Source: Vicugna vicugna (taxonomy: Eukaryota). From it: a DNA stretch of 64,000 bases. The notes beneath the pieces were generated by a model. The model was not told where the DNA came from. It worked only from the letters and a program-made list of their open reading frames with translations, and searched no databases. Shown piece after piece: positions 12,532-25,109 of this stretch (the stretch's first letter is position 1; the number at the start of each line of letters is the position of its first letter). Made by a program: the position numbers and the translations under genes. The DNA is taken from assembly GCA_013265495.1 (NCBI GenBank), contig MU058384.1, positions 3,323,010 through 3,387,009 of the forward strand. Direction: 5' to 3'.

Positions 12532-12790
12532 CTGGGAGTTTGGAGCCTGCGGTTTGAATAATGTTTGCCCTACAATGGGAGTGACAGCAGAAGTGTGGAG
12601 AGACTGATGGGGCTTCCTGCAGGGGCAGCTTTTAGAGTTCAAACTCATTCTTTACTCTCAAGTAGAACCGATAACAAATGTGTAAATAAATAGTCCCTGA
12701 TCTTCTGATGTGCCCTTTCTTGATGCTGGGAATTACGTAACAGTTCACCCCGCAGAGGTGAGCTGACTGCATCAAATTGCGTTCCAGAGC
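12532..12790 (-). promoter_or_regulatory. Candidate alternative promoter / first exon
   Basis: Donor CCCAG|gtaact at 12532; perfect PAR-bZIP/NFIL3 site ATTACGTAAC (12732-12741), forkhead-like TGTAAATA (~12681) and MAF/ARE-like GCTGACTGCATCA (~12762) clustered in unique sequence. Confidence 0.35.
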
Positions 12791-13654
12791 GATGCAAGTT
12801 TTCAAAAGAGTTAGCAAAGAAACATTTTTTCATAATTTCACTTGAAAGTAAATGTTTGAATATGAGATTCCTAAAGAAAAAGGGCTCCGAAAGTTGGGGC
12901 ATTGACTAAAGATGCTTTTTGAAGATGAAAAACATAAAACTTACGATACTAATAGACTTTATATGCATGCACAAGTTCCCATTTTAATAACTATGGTTTT
13001 GGCTCCCCAAATCTGGAAAGCATTTTTCCAGAATAATAAAATTTTAATATAAAAATTTAAGTTTAATACGAAATATAATACCTATACTAACGTTCATACT
13101 TTTTTCCTAAAAGAATATTTAGATATCAAAGAATAGCTTAAGTACTTGGCTGTTATTTATCTGATTTTCATACAAGTCAATAAAAAGACCTAGGCAATTA
13201 CATTTTACAATTGCAAACATTATCTTCTGTTTCTAACTATTCAAATACAAATTATATTAATTATCAGTCCAGTTTTGAAATATACATGTTTCTATGATTT
13301 AGCAGTTATGTTTCAAGTAATGCCTAGAGGGAAATACTTTAACTTCTGATAAATTAACCTTTGAGTTACAGGAAAGTGGAGGGAGACAAAAGAAAATTCT
13401 GGCGTGTGTCTGACTGAGCGATACAGCAGTTCTGAGTGACCACCAGAGGGCAGCATCCTCCAATGGTTGTGGGGGGAGGGAGGCGACTGGGATGGAATTT
13501 ATGATGGCTAGCTGCACCTATTTAGAAATTCAAAGCCTCATACTGTTTACTGATTTTCCAGTTGAAATCCAGAAATGTGAGAGCAAGGAATTTTTTCTCT
13601 CCAGCTTAAAAAAAGTGGAAGACATTCCAAAGCAGACATTTTAAACATTTTAAA

Positions 13655-13875
13655 GCACTTGCCCAGCACTGTTCTCAGTGTTTTATGTATATTAATTCAT
13701 TTCACCCTCATAACAACCCCGTGATATGCATAACTGTTATTACCCCCGATCTTATAGATGAGGAAACTGAAGCACAGGGTGCTTCAGTGACTTGCTCAAG
13801 CTAAGTTGCTGGAACTGGGATTCAGACCAAAGCACTTTGTTCCAGAGGCCAGGCGTAAGACGTCCCTGCTAAAAC
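13655..13875 (-). mobile_element. MIR SINE
   Basis: ccctcataacaaccccgtg...cttatagatgaggaaactgaagcacag...gacttgctcaag...ctgggattcagacc. Confidence 0.85.
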
Positions 13876-14449
13876 TGAGACTTCCCAATACACTCTCTTT
13901 TCTGTTGGGTCATTAAACCTCTCTGATAAACTGTAAGTTGGATAGTAATTTCTTCCTTTCACTTCATCTTCTTGAAAGATACAATTCCATTTTTTCTTTT
14001 ATTTCCATAATAATAACCCACTTGTTCTTTAAAAGAAAAACACATTCTGTATTTTCACAAAGTTCACACTATAGCAGGCATACCTATCATATCAAGATTT
14101 GTCAGAGAGAATGATGTCCATTTTAGATTCTGAGTTTTCAGAAGGCAGAAACTTAAACATGCACAAAAATAAAGACTAAAGCCTCAGCCAGCACTGGGCT
14201 TGCAAATTGATCAAACCAACAGCCCACATATTGGAAAAATAAAGACTATCTACAAAGGAATGTATTATTAAATCCTTATTATGATATTGGAAAAGGAGAC
14301 TAAAGAATTACTGATTCCAAGTTAAAATATAAAAAAGGACAAATAGAATTAGTTAATCAGAAATATCAAATCAAAACAACTTAAATTTCCAACTCTTATA
14401 GAGGAGAGACGTTGTACATTGATATCAAATAAATCGGAACTGTAGAGTA

Positions 14450-14810
14450 AGCTGTTTATTCTTTCATTCATTCATTCATTCATTCATCTGGCACTTATAA
14501 AGAGCGGCAGAATTAGTGACCTCCTCATAGAGCAGAGCCTTGAAATGTGAGGAGGATTTTCCTAAAAGGGGCAAAGGAGGGCAGCTTCCTGGCAAAGGGA
14601 TCAAGGAAAGCCAAGTCCAGGGTCATGGAAAGCAGAAAGTGTTTGGAGAACAGCAGAAAGCCGTAATTGGATGAGGCTCTGGTCAGGGGAGGGAGGTGCA
14701 GGGAGAAGGGGCCACAGACCTGAAGGGCAATGGGTGTGAAGAAGCTAGAATGAAAATCTTAGTAAGGGACTCAGACTTTTCCTTGTAGGAAATGGAGAAA
14801 GTGGGGATTC
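14450..14810. mobile_element. L2 fragment with (CATT)n tail
   Basis: cattcattcattcattcat followed by a purine-rich L2-like body. Confidence 0.5.
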
Positions 14811-14887
14811 ACTTCTAAAGCTGAATTCAATGTACATCTATTGTGCAAATAAAAAGTCCGCCTTGGATGTGGTATTAAGTATGCATA

Positions 14888-15472
14888 CAGAGAAAGACAA
14901 ATATCAGATGCTATCACTTGTATGTGGGATCTAGAAAAAAGAAGAGATGAATGAATTTATTTGCAAAACAGAAACAGAGTCACAGACATAGAAAACAAGC
15001 ATGTTTATCAAAAGGGGAGGTGGGTTGGAGGGATAAATTAGGAGTTTGGGATTTGCAGATACTAGCTACCATCTATAAAACAGATAAAGTCCTACTGTAT
15101 ATTCAGTATCTATGTTCACACAGGGAACTGTATTCAATATCTTGTAATGGCCTCTAGTGAAAAAGAATATGGGAAGGAATGTATATTCACACATGTATAA
15201 CTGAATCACTATGCTGTACGCCAGAAACTAAGACAACATTGTAAATTGACTATACTTGAAATTTTAAAAAAAGGAAAGGAGAGCAAACAAAAAACAAAAA
15301 CAGGTAAACAACAAGGTCCTACAGTATAACACAGAGAGCTATAGTCAATACATTATAATAACTTATGATGAAAAAGAATATGTGTATATATATATATATG
15401 TGCAACTGAATAACTTCGCTGTACACCAGAAACTAACACAACATTGTAAATCAACTATACTTCCAAAAAAAA
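14888..15472 (+). mobile_element. Two tandem L1 3' ends (camelid-type)
   Basis: agagaaagacaaatatc...gaaacagagtcacagacatagaaaacaa...gctgtacgccagaaactaagacaacattgtaaattgactatac + A-tail, then a second copy of the same terminus at ~15300-15472. Confidence 0.85.
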
Positions 15473-16257
15473 GGTTCATATGAATAATTGAATAATGAGT
15501 CCCTTTAGGTTTACAGATGCCGCCAAATCAGGAAAGCAGGCTAACATTTTCATTGTCTTGATGAGTTGGAGAAGCACTGATTAAAAAGCAGCCAGTAAAG
15601 ACAAGTAAGGAGAGGAAATTAGTGAAGACAAAGTAAGGACATTGAGAGAAGGGCTAACAGAAGGAATGTCTCCAGAACATGCATGGAATGGGGATTAGAA
15701 AGCGACAGTCCATTTGCCAGATCAAGTCTATCTGCCAATTCAAGTCCATCAGTCTCAGACCTGCAGAATGATCAAGGAGACCCAAGTATCTACATCAGTC
15801 CCTGTTGAGCATGAGCACATGCCCCGGAAGCATTTTGAGCGCCTCCTCTGTTCCAGGCACTGGGCCAGGAGCTGGGAATTGAAGATGAAAGAGAGACGAT
15901 GCCGGCCATCAGGAAGTTCGCAGTTGTATGGTGACAGCTGGAGGCGACCATGAAGCAAACCACTGCATGCAGTTGAGACATTCCGATGTCCTGTGATATT
16001 AGAGAAACAGGGAACTTGTCATTCTGAGGGACTCCCAGCGTGCTGTTCTCTGGTGCTCTCCGGGCCGAATATGCTTGGCCTTTCCTCTCCTCTAATAGGA
16101 AATTCTATTTCTCTTTCTAGACTCGTGTTTCTGAGGAGGTCACTAATTCTTCCCCCACCCCAACTCTTAATAATCCTGAGACTACTGAGCGGCTGTAGTG
16201 AGCCTGTTTGTGAGGTAAATTGTGCAAAACTGAATTGGAGAGGAACAGAACTCCCGA

Positions 16258-16700
16258 GTGTGGTGGATGCCATTATTTGTTCATGCTTGTTTATTCCCTC
16301 CCTACCCTTGCCACGTCCACTGACCAGCATAGTACACGTCCCTTCCCCAATGACTTTGAGCTTGGCCAAGAGTCTCACTTTGGCTGACAGAATCTTACTG
16401 GACACAATATATGCCACCTCCAAGCAGAATCTTTAAGTGTGTGTAATATGGCTCTGTTCCCCTTGAATTTCTGCCCTTAGCCATGAGACTGGTAAACCCC
16501 AGGTAAAGCTGCTCCTTCAGCCTCGGTCCCAGAGTGCGGAGATCCATAAAGCCCAGCCATGTTCAGCCGAACTCAGCTGAGCACAACAGAGCCCAAGGTT
16601 GACCTGTAGTCCTCAAGCAATGAGCACATGAGATGAATGTTTTGTTAAGCTACTAAGATTTGAGGGTTGCTCGTTGTCTCAATAATTGTTGACTAACCAA
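16258..16700 (+). mobile_element. MaLR LTR (MLT1-like)
   Basis: tgactttgagcttggccaagagtctcactttggc...ctgctccttcagcctcggtcccagagtg...ttaagctactaagatttgagggttgctcgttg. Confidence 0.65.
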
Positions 16701-18779
16701 TCAGGTAAAAATTATGATAATCCAGGTAAGGAACGACTGTGGCATAAATTACAGCAGTGACATTGAGGATCAAGAGTTGAGGGCCATTTAGGAAGTGAAA
16801 CCAAAAAAAAAAATTGCAGTGGGAAATGAAAAAAGTAAAGGAATGAATCATGATAGCTACATTTCTGGCTCAGCAACTAGAGAAGGGAAGCAAAGACCTC
16901 TGTTCAAAAATTAAAGGTGCCGGGTTCTTTAGGGGATGCAAAGAAAATAGTGGAGAGTAAGTTAAAACTGAGAAGTATTTTAATACACATGTGTGTGATT
17001 ATAATTATTAAAGTGACTATCATCCATCTCTATTAAGCAGCTAACAAGTGGAAATAAGCTTAATATGCATGAAAAGAGGTTATCACACTCAAGAATGACA
17101 CTTCTGACTGGAGAGGTTGTTAGGTATTAGAATGCATTATCCATGGTATTCAAGGAATTTTCCTTTACAGGATATATTTCGTTCCAGATTAGACATGGAA
17201 TTTTCAAATTAATTATGAAGGAAGATGTTTCCTAGTAGTGTGATTTTACACTATTCTTGCCTAGTCTTCAATGACTTAGATTGGGTTAATTTTATCTCTT
17301 CTGAGACTTCCTTTCATTATCTCAAAAGCAAAAAATGAAACCAGATGATTTTCAAAGCACCTGAAAGTTTGGAAGTAGTAAAAGAGACCCCACCAGGACC
17401 ACAGGACATTAGAGGATAACCTCGCAGTCTGGGTTGTAAGAGGAGGTGTAAGATTCAAGGGAAAGATGTCTATATATTATGCCATTTTGTATACTATGTA
17501 TCACATGTATATATCATGACGTTGATTGAAAGAGAGAATATATTCTTTTTAAACCATAGATAAACTCCTCCTCTTATAAGAAAAATAGTTAAAATTATTT
17601 TTGACATAAAAAATGGTTGAGAAATGTAATTTCCTGTGGACTTATTTTTCTACAAATGTAAATTCCAAATATTTAATGCCTTAATCCTTGCTCCATATGC
17701 CAACAGAATTAAACTTCGCAGTTTGGTCCAGTTGCTACACTTTGCCTTGGGGGAAATATTAGGGTAGCATTATCTATGTATGACTTTGGACCTAGCCAAC
17801 ATAAAACACAATACATAATAGTCACAGTTCTCGGGTTTAACAGTAGAGCTGCTTTTACAGCAATATGAATCCTAATAACTGGGTGTTTTATGTACAATTT
17901 AACATCATTAAATAACATTTTGCTTACAAAATATTTGGCACATTATATATATATTTATATATATGTTAAGGAATCATTAGCATTTTCATGCTAGATCTGT
18001 TGTAGAGGCTTAGCAATGCAGGTGGTTCTAAATTTGATCCAAAATAACTGAGATCATAGGTTATCCATCAGTTAACAACCTTTATTGGGTAGAGAGTCCT
18101 GTAAAGTCAAACACTTTATAATGCAGAAAGGAAGGAAGTCAGTGTTAGAAAATAAACCATGCCATACAAGACCCAAAGAGGAAGTTAGGTTGCAAAATGA
18201 AGAAAACAAGGTTTCTGATCACAAGGTTCCTCAAGTCTTAAAAATAAATAAGAACATGCTGACTCTTAATTTACCAGCTAGAGAGCAATAAGTAGTCTTA
18301 AAATACAAGGAGAACCAGACGAAAAACCCATAATAATGAATCAGGAAATAATTATTTACGCTATCAATCCAACATTTTTTTAAACCTTTATGGCTAACAA
18401 AGTTTTATAGGGAATTTCTGCTAGACTTGGATTCAGTCAGGAACCATCTTTTTGAATTAAAAACATGTCCTGCGTGTAATTTTTCAAAAGTTACTCAGTA
18501 GAAATGTGTTGAATGATAGAATGTTAGGGTTAAAAAACCCACAGCTCTGTAAAGGAAAACTGACTCCTGTTTTATATATTTGGCCCAACATTTATGGCAT
18601 GGAATAATTACAGTAACGTCAAAGATTCCAAACTGGTAATTATTTACAAGCAAGCATTATTGGTAAGCAACAATTTTTAGTGAGACGGGAAAAAACAAAT
18701 AATGGTTATTTCAGATGCTATTCTTAGTATTATGATAAGAAATAACAGTCTTAATTTATGCACCATTAATATAAATGTA

Positions 18780-18985
18780 TAATAATACCAAATGCAGAGC
18801 ATACATGTGCCAGCACTATTCTAAGCACGTGTATGTGTAAATACTCAAGTTAATTCTTACAAAGATCCTCTGAGGTAAGCACTATCATCCCCATCTTACA
18901 GATGAGAAAACTGAGGCATAGAAAGGTTAAATAACTTTATTAAGGGCACACAGCTAGTAAATGATAGAGCCAGAATTCTCTCTTG
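18780..18985 (-). mobile_element. MIR SINE
   Basis: atccccatcttacagatgagaaaactgaggcatagaaaggttaaataact...cacacagctagtaaatgatagagccag. Confidence 0.85.
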
Positions 18986-19539
18986 TTAAGACTGGAATTT
19001 CTCCCAGGGAAAACCACAGCAGTTCATGCCAAGGCTCATAAGGTTCAGTGTTGCATATTCTCTTTGGTCAACTTACATAGACTAATGTTGCAGGGAAATC
19101 TGCTCTTAAAAGATCTCTAGCCCGATCTCAATTCAATCTATCCTTTCACCTTAGGGTATTAAAAACAAAATGCCAAATTTACATATATCTTAATGATTAC
19201 CTTATTTATCTGATCATCTTAACTTTGAATGGAAGTGGATAAAAAAATTCAGTTCAAAAGGAATTTGGACATCGAATGTAATTAGATTTTTAGTTTATGT
19301 CCCAATGTTTTTTGAAATTTATATACTAGAAATAAAATTATATTCCCCCTGTGTAATCATTTTCACAGACAATAATTTTTCTGAGTGATTTGAGTGATAG
19401 AAGCTCATCAGGTTTATCATCAGTGTGTATTTGGCAGTGGGGAAGCCGGTAAGTCCACTCCACCCAGACAATGCCTAACACCAGGCATATCGGTCAAAGG
19501 CACCCTTATAACGAGCCTGCGGCAGTTTGCGGCCCTGTT

Positions 19540-20060
19540 GCAATATCCTGCCTGTCAAGAACCGCACAGGGTCTGAGATTTTTATCCTACGTGCCAGCCA
19601 ACCATTTAGGGTGCCCCAGTTCCCCAAATGATGGCGAAAAACATGAGACCCCCCGGGTTAGAGACAAAGGACTCTATCACTCCCAGCACAGCAGGCAGCA
19701 TGGATTCTTGTGTTCACACCATTCCCCGAAGTCTCACTGATGTGATGAAGGTGGCCAGGGTATACGCAGTGCACGAGGTGGGTTTGCATCACAGCTAAAG
19801 AATCCTCAGCTTAGGAAATCCAATGTTTTTGATGGGCTATAAGCACACTTGCCCAATCTCGGCCCCAGAGAGAGGGAAATAGCGGACAGCAAACAAATCT
19901 GCCCTCTGCTTTGGAGAGAGACACTGATGTCATCTTTTAAAGCTATTTGCTCAACAAGCTGAAAAGATAGTCTAGACCAAGAACAAGCTGTCAGTGCCCT
20001 GCTCAGGAGTCACAGGAAACGTGAGAGATCCTTAGAGAGCTACCTTCCAGCACATTGGCC
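19540..20060 (-). mobile_element. LTR fragment (MER21/MER68/MER77-like)
   Basis: gggtctgagatttttatcctac...gttagagacaaaggactctatcactcccagcacagcaggcagcatg resembles the recalled end of this LTR group. Confidence 0.55.
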
Positions 20061-20677
20061 AAGCCAGGGCAATCTACTGTATTAAGGACCAGCATCAGTT
20101 TGCAGGAACGCTAGGTTCTGCCCAATAATTAATTTCTTACTGTGATCCTCTAAACTACAGAAGCCTGGAAAGGCTACCAATGCTATTCACCCCAGACACC
20201 AGCCAGCCCACGAAAAGTGAAAGCAAACTGCTCTAATCATTTTGAAGAGCGAAGCTATCCCTGGGGCTTTGTACCTCCTCTTTTTCCCCTTGCCTTCTAG
20301 TGCCCCCACTACCAGCCGGAATGCGTGCAAACTATTGACCTTTCTGTTTAATCCTTTTTGGATCTTTGGCAAATCATGGACTTAGCAAAATTTATCTCAT
20401 CATTCTCTTACTTCTGCTCTCATCATTCCTCCTGCCCTTCCTCTTGTGCTAACCCCTTCCCAAGATCTTGTGCCCACACTAATGTGGGTCCATCCATAAT
20501 GGCTCAAGAATTTCCTCTGCCCACCCTGCCTACCCTGCTCTCTTCACCAATGGTTTCTCTTTTTTCCAGGTAGGTGTCATGTCCTCTAGGACGTCTCCTT
20601 TGTGAGGATAGCTGTTAATTTTTGCTCTTCCACAATTCCAAGTGCAATCTGCTGTCACTGAGCTTACCACCACTCTG

Positions 20678-21222
20678 TATTTTGTTTTTATGGAAGTATA
20701 GCTGATTTACAATGTTGTGTTTCTGTTATATGGTATTTAGCTGTACATATTTTTTTCATATTTTTTCATTATAGATTATTATAAGTTATTGAATATAGTT
20801 CCCTGTGCTATATAAACCTTGTTGTTTATCTATTTTGTATATAGTAGTTTGTATCTGCTAATCCCAAACTTCTAATTTATCCCTCCCTGCCTTTCCTCTT
20901 TGATAACCGTAAGTTTGTTTTCTATATCTGTGAGTCTGTTTCTGTTTTGTAAATGAGTTCATTTGTGTCATTATTTTTAGATTCCACATATAAATGATAT
21001 CATATAATATAATGTCCATCCACATATAAATGATATCATATAATATTTGTCTTTCTGTGACTTACTTCACTTAGTATGATAATCTCTAGGTCCATCCATG
21101 TTGCTGCAATGGCATTATTTCATTCTTTTTTATGATTCTTTATCCAGTCATCTGTCAATGGACATTTAAGTTTGCTTCCATGTCTTGGCTATTGTAAATG
21201 GTGCTGCTATGAACACTGGGGG
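20678..21222 (-). mobile_element. 5'-truncated camelid-type L1 3' end
   Basis: Same family motifs as 8780-9505; possible diverged TSD accaccactctgtat / atcactaccctgtat; internal 28-bp duplication (20983-21046). Confidence 0.88.
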
Positions 21223-21829
21223 ATCACTACCCTGTATAATTATTACCAGTCCCCATCTCAGTTTCCCTGCCTACATTTTGAATGACCGAAAGTCTTACTA
21301 TTTACAAATAGCCAATACCCTAATAGGATGCCTGGCACACAGTGAGAAGTCAAAGAACTGTTTGTGGATTGAATAAATGAGGGAATGAATGAATAATGCA
21401 GTCACTGAGCTCATTCGCAAGTGAACAGAAGGCCCAGAGAAGCAGAGGCTTCAAAACAAAGGATCAGACCTCTGGTGGCGAAAATAACAAGCCCTATTTC
21501 AGGCAGGGTGGGCTTATTTCCAATTTATGAAATGGTGAACAAAGGTTACCTGTAGCATAAGGATTTATTATACCCACATATCAACAAATAATACATTTTT
21601 AAATACATAATTTGAGAACCAGCTTACAAATGTAACAGTACGTCTCATAATTCCTAAAGAAGAGGAGTCACTTTATTTGCATGATAACACTCCTTTAAAT
21701 GTTTGAATATTTTAACCTGAGGAAGATGGTAATCAAAAAGAGTACTAGTCACATGGCCACTCAGAACTTTTTCTTAAAATCTGAGAAGTGTCAAATTGAA
21801 TTGCAGGATTAAATTTACCAAATATAAAC

Positions 21830-22660
21830 TTTAAGAACTAACACTTCATTGGTAGGTATGTTCAGATAAGTTGCCAACAATACACCTCAGTGACCTAAAC
21901 TAACCCAGGATTACTTTCATCCATATCGCTTCTGCTCCAACCCAGAGATGCTCCGCAGTTTCTGTGCCAAGTGATGGCTTGACTGTGCACCTACATATCA
22001 GTAGGTGTTCCCACGTTCTCTATTGCAGGTGAAGAGGGCATGGAGATTCTTGTCCTGGCAATTAAATGCTTTTGAAGGGATTAAAATTACTTTTAACTGA
22101 AAACATCTTATCAATCAGTAGCCACAGAAAGAAACATTATCTAAACTAAGGCAGATACTCCCCAAAGTACAGCTGCCATTGACCTCTCTCCAAGGGAGTT
22201 TCCTGTTTGGAAGAATACTTAGCACTGCAGAGTGTAAATTCGGCTGCTTAATAGCGTTTGGAAGCCCAACAGAACCTTCCATACTTTCTCTGAAGCCCTA
22301 ACCCCCTCTCCCTCTATTTTCTTTTTAAGTTGGTGTATAAATCTTGACTCCTGGCTATTCAGCAAGTTACTTATTACTGAGTACTCCCTGTGCATGTGTG
22401 CAGGTGCAAATAAACCTTTCCTTTTGCCTTGTTAATTGGGCTATTGCCAGTTAATTTGCAGGCCCCCAGTGCTTGCACTTAATGTGATGGAGGAAAAATT
22501 TTCCTCCCAACACTTTCAACACACATTTACTTCAGTTCACATTTTATTTTCCTAAGTAAATTATATGGCCACACCTAAACTCAAGAAGGTGGGAAAGTAC
22601 CTCATTTCTACATGGCCAGAGTTGGAAAATAGTCAGGGATTGATAAACCCTTATAATGTC
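21830..22660 (-). mobile_element. MaLR (MLT1-like) LTR interrupted by a younger LTR
   Basis: ataagttgccaacaatacacctcagtgacctaaac...; resumes after 22516 with acttcagttcacatttt...tatatggccacacctaaactcaagaaggtgggaaagt. Confidence 0.5.
22073..22512 (+). mobile_element. ERV1-class solo LTR (440 bp)
   Basis: TG...CA termini, TATAAA and AATAAA inside, 4-bp TSD CTTT at 22069-22072 and 22513-22516. Confidence 0.8.
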
Positions 22661-23059
22661 TAACTCAGTGAGGGTTGGAAAAGAAAAGAGTATCACTCAC
22701 AACTGAGTTAAAAACAAAGTAAAATTAGAAGAAGCCCCCAAAATGACTCTTTTGGGGATCATCTATGTCATGAAAGATGTATCCTACAGCATGAAACTGA
22801 ATCCATTAATGGGAGATAATTTTGTCTCTTTTTCCGTAGGTATACTTCCTACACTCTTAGACAGAGGGAAACACACATATAAAAGAACTTGGCAGAAAAA
22901 AGTCTATAATTTCTAGTCATTTAGAATTGAGTAAAAATAATCGTTTTGATTTGATCACTTTATTTATTTGAGAAAGCCAGTCGAGAGGAATAAATATTGG
23001 ATTGTAAGAGTAGGGGAGGTGGGAGGTGACAAAAAAGGATTAAAAACTCTTATTCATAC

Positions 23060-23160
23060 CCTGCAGAAATGCAGGCTTCAAACCTGGTCAAACATCTGTA
23101 TTTCCACTGTCGGAGCAGTAGTTCTGTAGGCAAGCCTATAGAAATAGTTATTATTTGTAC
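23060..23160 (-). other. Candidate 101-nt exon (probably 5' UTR)
   Basis: Strong acceptor ctcttcttcttctag|GTAC at 23160; donor GCAGG|gtatga at 23060. Confidence 0.5.
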
Positions 23161-23517
23161 CTAGAAGAAGAAGAGATTAAACGCTGAATGCTCACTTTGG
23201 ATATTGTCTGAAAAGCTACCCATCATGGTCCTGCTTGGAAACTAGGGTAGTCGGAGATGACACACTCCGGCTTCCCTAGCAGGCCTCCCGCGGTTCAAGG
23301 ACAAAGAGAGCGGCAGGCTTCCTCCGTCAAGCACATCCATTTGCAAACTGCCGCCAGTCAGTTCCCAAGGCCAGAGGCTGACCGCTGACAAAGGAGGCTG
23401 AACTGCAGGCTTATCAGTTTTACTCTTCCTGCTGGGCAGGCCCTGTATCTCAGGAAAAGCTACTGGATTCCTTCCTTCGAGAGCTGCGATCAACAGGAAT
23501 AACTCAACATTTCCTTT
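23161..23517 (-). other. Candidate upstream exon extension via alternative acceptor
   Basis: Acceptor gtgtttcttttgtcacag|AAAGG at 23517; GC/CpG-richer unique block; strong donor ATAG|gtaagc 129 nt upstream at 23647. Confidence 0.35.
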
Positions 23518-23989
23518 CTGTGACAAAAGAAACACTTTTAATGAAGAAAAACTTTTCTTGGGGCTTCTTAGGACTGTTTCTCAGAAAGCAAGGGAAAAAA
23601 AAAACCTAAAGAGCTATTTTTCATAAATTGGACTTTAAAAGCTTACCTATTTCTGATGAGTTTGGTTGATTACATCGGGATTAGAAGTTCATGGGCAAGA
23701 GTCTTGATTAAATTCAATTCTTAAATAAGATACGATTTCATTAAGCCCTTGATGTCTGGTCCAATCACATCTGCACTTCTGAAGCCTTGAATGAGACCCA
23801 TTAAAATCTGTCTAGACAAACTAATTTACTTTCATGAGAAATGGTAAAATATGCACACTGAATACACCTTAAAAAACAAGACTTCTCTTCACGAGTGCAG
23901 TTTTTCTTTTGGACTCTGCATTAGATAATGTCAGAAGCTGGCTGTTTATTCCCCTCCTCCAAAATCCTCAGTGAAACTAACAAAGCCTA

Positions 23990-24210
23990 ACATTTATAAA
24001 GTGCTCCCTGTGCTGAAGGTCCTGTACTAAACAAATAATAAGGCTGAATTCATTTACTCCTCACCACAGCCCCCTGTGAACGGGCACCATTACTATATTC
24101 ATTTTTCAGATGACAAAATTCAAGTTCATAAAGCTAGAATTTGGAGAGAGAATTAAATCCAGGAAGCTTGAATTCAGAGCCCGCATCCTTCATCAGTACG
24201 TTCTATACTC
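23990..24210 (-). mobile_element. MIR SINE
   Basis: ctcctcaccacagccccctgtg...ttcatttttcagatgacaaaatt...aaatccaggaagcttgaattcagagccc. Confidence 0.7.
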
Positions 24211-25109
24211 CTATTTAGAGCAAGGTCTTAATTTTCCATAGGGTTTACCATCATGGCATGAAGGTATCGGCACGCTCCTTAAAGATTAGAGATATGGGGC
24301 TCATTCGATATCTATCCAGTTTCAACTGCTTAGAGAAATTATTGTTCAGGATAAAAGATGAACTCAGAGGGAGCATAAGTTAAATTTTTAAAAATTACAA
24401 CTTTGAAAATGTTCAGGCTGGTCCAATATGCTTGTGCTTCTTAGAGCCAGATATGTAGGTGCCTTTAGCTCCGTTAAGGACAGACAGGGGCAAAGGGAGC
24501 CCAGCACTTGAGTGTGTGTCAGGGATGTATGTGTACCTGACTTGATCTTCATAACACTTTAAAAGAGAGATTTCTTTTACTTCTGTTTTCAGAGGTAGAA
24601 ATGATATTCAGAGGCATTTAGTAACATTTCAAATAGCCATTAAAGATTATAGTGAAGATGTGAGCCTAGGAGTGCCTGATCCTGGAACTTTTGGTCTCAG
24701 CACCCCCATCTCTCTACTGTCTCCTGACAGTGCAACTGTGTGGTGCTTAATGGCCACCAGACTAGGTGAGAAGAGTTTAATCCAAATAATAGCACCGCAG
24801 AATCTCCCAGTGCTCCCCACAGAAGTACAGGTGACTCATGTGGGACAGAGAAAGATGTCCCCAGGGGAAACTGGCTTGGGCTGAGCACTGAAGGATAAAG
24901 AGGGAAGAGAAGTGACGAGAGGGATTGCTGCTGTCAGACAGTCCAGGTGTGCCACCCTGGCGTGGAAGAGCACTAGTGTGAGGGATCGGTGACGCAGGGC
25001 CACAGTCATTCTAGCCTGGCTACTCTGTACTGCTGAACACTAGTTACCTAATGTAACTTCGTGGTCACCAAGAAGTTCATATAAAGTAACCTATATACGT
25101 GTGATTGTT

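Noticed and set aside
15993..16436. Overlapping 147-aa and 134-aa ORFs on opposite strands
   Set aside because: Both start at GTG/TTG, run into a MaLR LTR and show no protein-family features.
20358..20573. ORF beginning MDLWQ, like growth hormone receptor exon 2
   Set aside because: Starts at TTG, similarity ends after 5 residues, no hydrophobic signal peptide and no matching splice context; coincidence.
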